Below, one piece after another: positions 23,862 through 25,007 of a DNA stretch of 25,007 nucleotides. The notes under the pieces were generated by a model. The model saw nothing but the letters and a program-made list of their open reading frames with translations. It made no database searches and was not told the origin of the DNA. Made by a program: the position numbers and the translations under genes. Each line of letters starts with the position of its first letter. Position 1 is the stretch's first letter. Source of the stretch: a virus (Duplodnaviria; Caudoviricetes); the IMG/VR virus record IMGVR_UViG_3300042465_004861, positions 1 to 25,007 of that record, one strand, 5' to 3'.

Positions 23862-24337
23862 CAGAACCGACCCTGTTCCCGGCCTGGAAACAGGCCGTCA
23901 GGGTGCTGCTCGATGAGGGACTAACCTATGGCAGCACCGTTACACGGAAACGCCTTGCAGACCTCTGTCAGGTCAGACAGCCAGAGAGCATCGAGGATGT
24001 GCGGCGCTACGACTTGGAGCTACTCACTTGCATCACGGAGATCAAGGACGTTTTGCTTACCGCTCACTGCATGTTGCTGGTCACCGACAACAAGGGCGCA
24101 TACGTCGTTATCGCGCCAGAGTCGCAGACCCAGTATGCGGTGGACAACGGCATCAAAGCCATCGGCCGCGAGATGAAGAAGATGTCAATGGCCGTCAGCT
24201 TTACAAAGACGGACCTTCTGTCTGACGCAGACCGGGCCAAGAACGCAGACGCCCAGGCAAAGATCGCCATGCTTGCTGGGATGGTCAAGACCAAGGGCGC
24301 CGATTTATTGAAACTATCAGAACGGAAACCTGAATGA
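23858..24337 (+). CDS. Hypothetical protein translationally coupled to the RAMP-like gene
   Basis: 159 aa, mostly helical, with ATGA overlaps at both ends. Confidence 0.7.
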   Translation: MTEPTLFPAWKQAVRVLLDEGLTYGSTVTRKRLADLCQVRQPESIEDVRRYDLELLTCITEIKDVLLTAHCMLLVTDNKGAYVVIAPESQTQYAVDNGIKAIGREMKKMSMAVSFTKTDLLSDADRAKNADAQAKIAMLAGMVKTKGADLLKLSERKPE

Positions 24338-25007
24338 AGCTCACCAACAACTTCAACCTGCCCGACACATTCGTCAACGTCATCAGGCGTCCGCAGTACG
24401 ATAAAGGAGATAGCCAGATCTCTGCCACAGAGATCCTCAACTCTCCCCGTATCGTGCAGCTCAAGCGCAAACACTGGGATGATTTGAGTGAAGACGCAAG
24501 CGATATGGTCTGGAGCCTGTTCGGCTCTGCGGTTCACAACATCTTGCAGCACGGCAAAGACGACCACCATGTTGTCGAGCAGCGCATCTTCACCGAGTTC
24601 CACGGATGGAAGATCTCGGGCGCGATCGACCTGCAGGAAGTCTACGAAGACGGCATCGTCATCAGCGACTACAAAGTTACCGGCGCTTGGGCCGCGCAAA
24701 ACGGCAAGCAGGACTGGATCACGCAGCTGAACCTGTATGCGTGGCTGGTCGAGAGGGTCAAACAGCAAAAGGTCAAGGCCCTCAAGATCGTGACCATCAT
24801 CAGGGACTGGTCCCGCCGGGACGCACAGTCCAAGCCAGACTACCCGCAGTCACCAGTCTGGGTCATCGACATCCCACTGTGGAACTACGAAGACCGCGAG
24901 GCCTTCATCCGCCGCAGGCTGGACATGCACAACGACGCGTTCTTTGCCGCTCACGCAGAAGGCGAGATGCCCCTGTGCTCTTCAGACGACATGTGGGAAA
25001 AGCCCAC
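24334..25007 (+). CDS. PD-(D/E)XK (Cas4/RecB-like) exonuclease, partial (runs off the window end)
   Basis: Manual translation: MKLTNNFNLP...ISATEIL.SPR...FGSAVHNIL...VEQR...ISGAID...ISDYKVT...QLNLYAWL...IIRDWS. Missing from the ORF track. Confidence 0.8.
   Translation, partial: MKLTNNFNLPDTFVNVIRRPQYDKGDSQISATEILNSPRIVQLKRKHWDDLSEDASDMVWSLFGSAVHNILQHGKDDHHVVEQRIFTEFHGWKISGAIDLQEVYEDGIVISDYKVTGAWAAQNGKQDWITQLNLYAWLVERVKQQKVKALKIVTIIRDWSRRDAQSKPDYPQSPVWVIDIPLWNYEDREAFIRRRLDMHNDAFFAAHAEGEMPLCSSDDMWEKP

Noticed and set aside
24064-24768. 234-aa - strand ORF
   Set aside because: It is the antisense shadow of the coupled + strand genes, including the PD-(D/E)XK nuclease that the ORF track missed because it runs off the end.
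1-25007. Prophage boundaries, integrase, tRNA or IS elements
   Set aside because: No recombinase or transposase motifs, att-like junction with host genes, or tRNA cloverleaf were recognised.

Overview
This window is part of a tailed dsDNA phage genome, probably a podovirus-like phage of a proteobacterial host; no integrase, tRNA or host genes are visible. From left to right: (1) 1-7765 (-) is a morphogenesis operon with TerS, TerL, portal, a GroES-like co-chaperonin, scaffold, two head proteins and the 5' end of the major capsid gene. (2) 7983-13646 (+) holds many small early genes and a PAPS-reductase-family gene. (3) 13643-17832 (-) is a replication block with a Toprim primase, an SF2 helicase and a ParB-like protein. 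(4) 17970-21716 (+) holds a Rap1a-like immunity gene, small genes and a long C5 DNA methyltransferase with a nested alternative-frame ORF. (5) 21740-22681 (-) holds a VRR-NUC nuclease and two promoter-driven structured RNA candidates. (6) 22730-25007 (+) is the standout locus. A strong sigma70 promoter precedes four non-coding units, each made of 11-14 phased pentamers (GGY-like triplet plus variable NN) and a hairpin tail. A solo RAMP/Cas7-like gene follows immediately, then a coupled unknown gene and a PD-(D/E)XK (Cas4-like) nuclease. This looks like a compact, non-CRISPR RNA-guided system (VIPR-like). A nearby candidate sRNA is perfectly complementary over 15 nt to the RBS and start of the RAMP gene. 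All calls come from reading motifs by eye; no searches were run.
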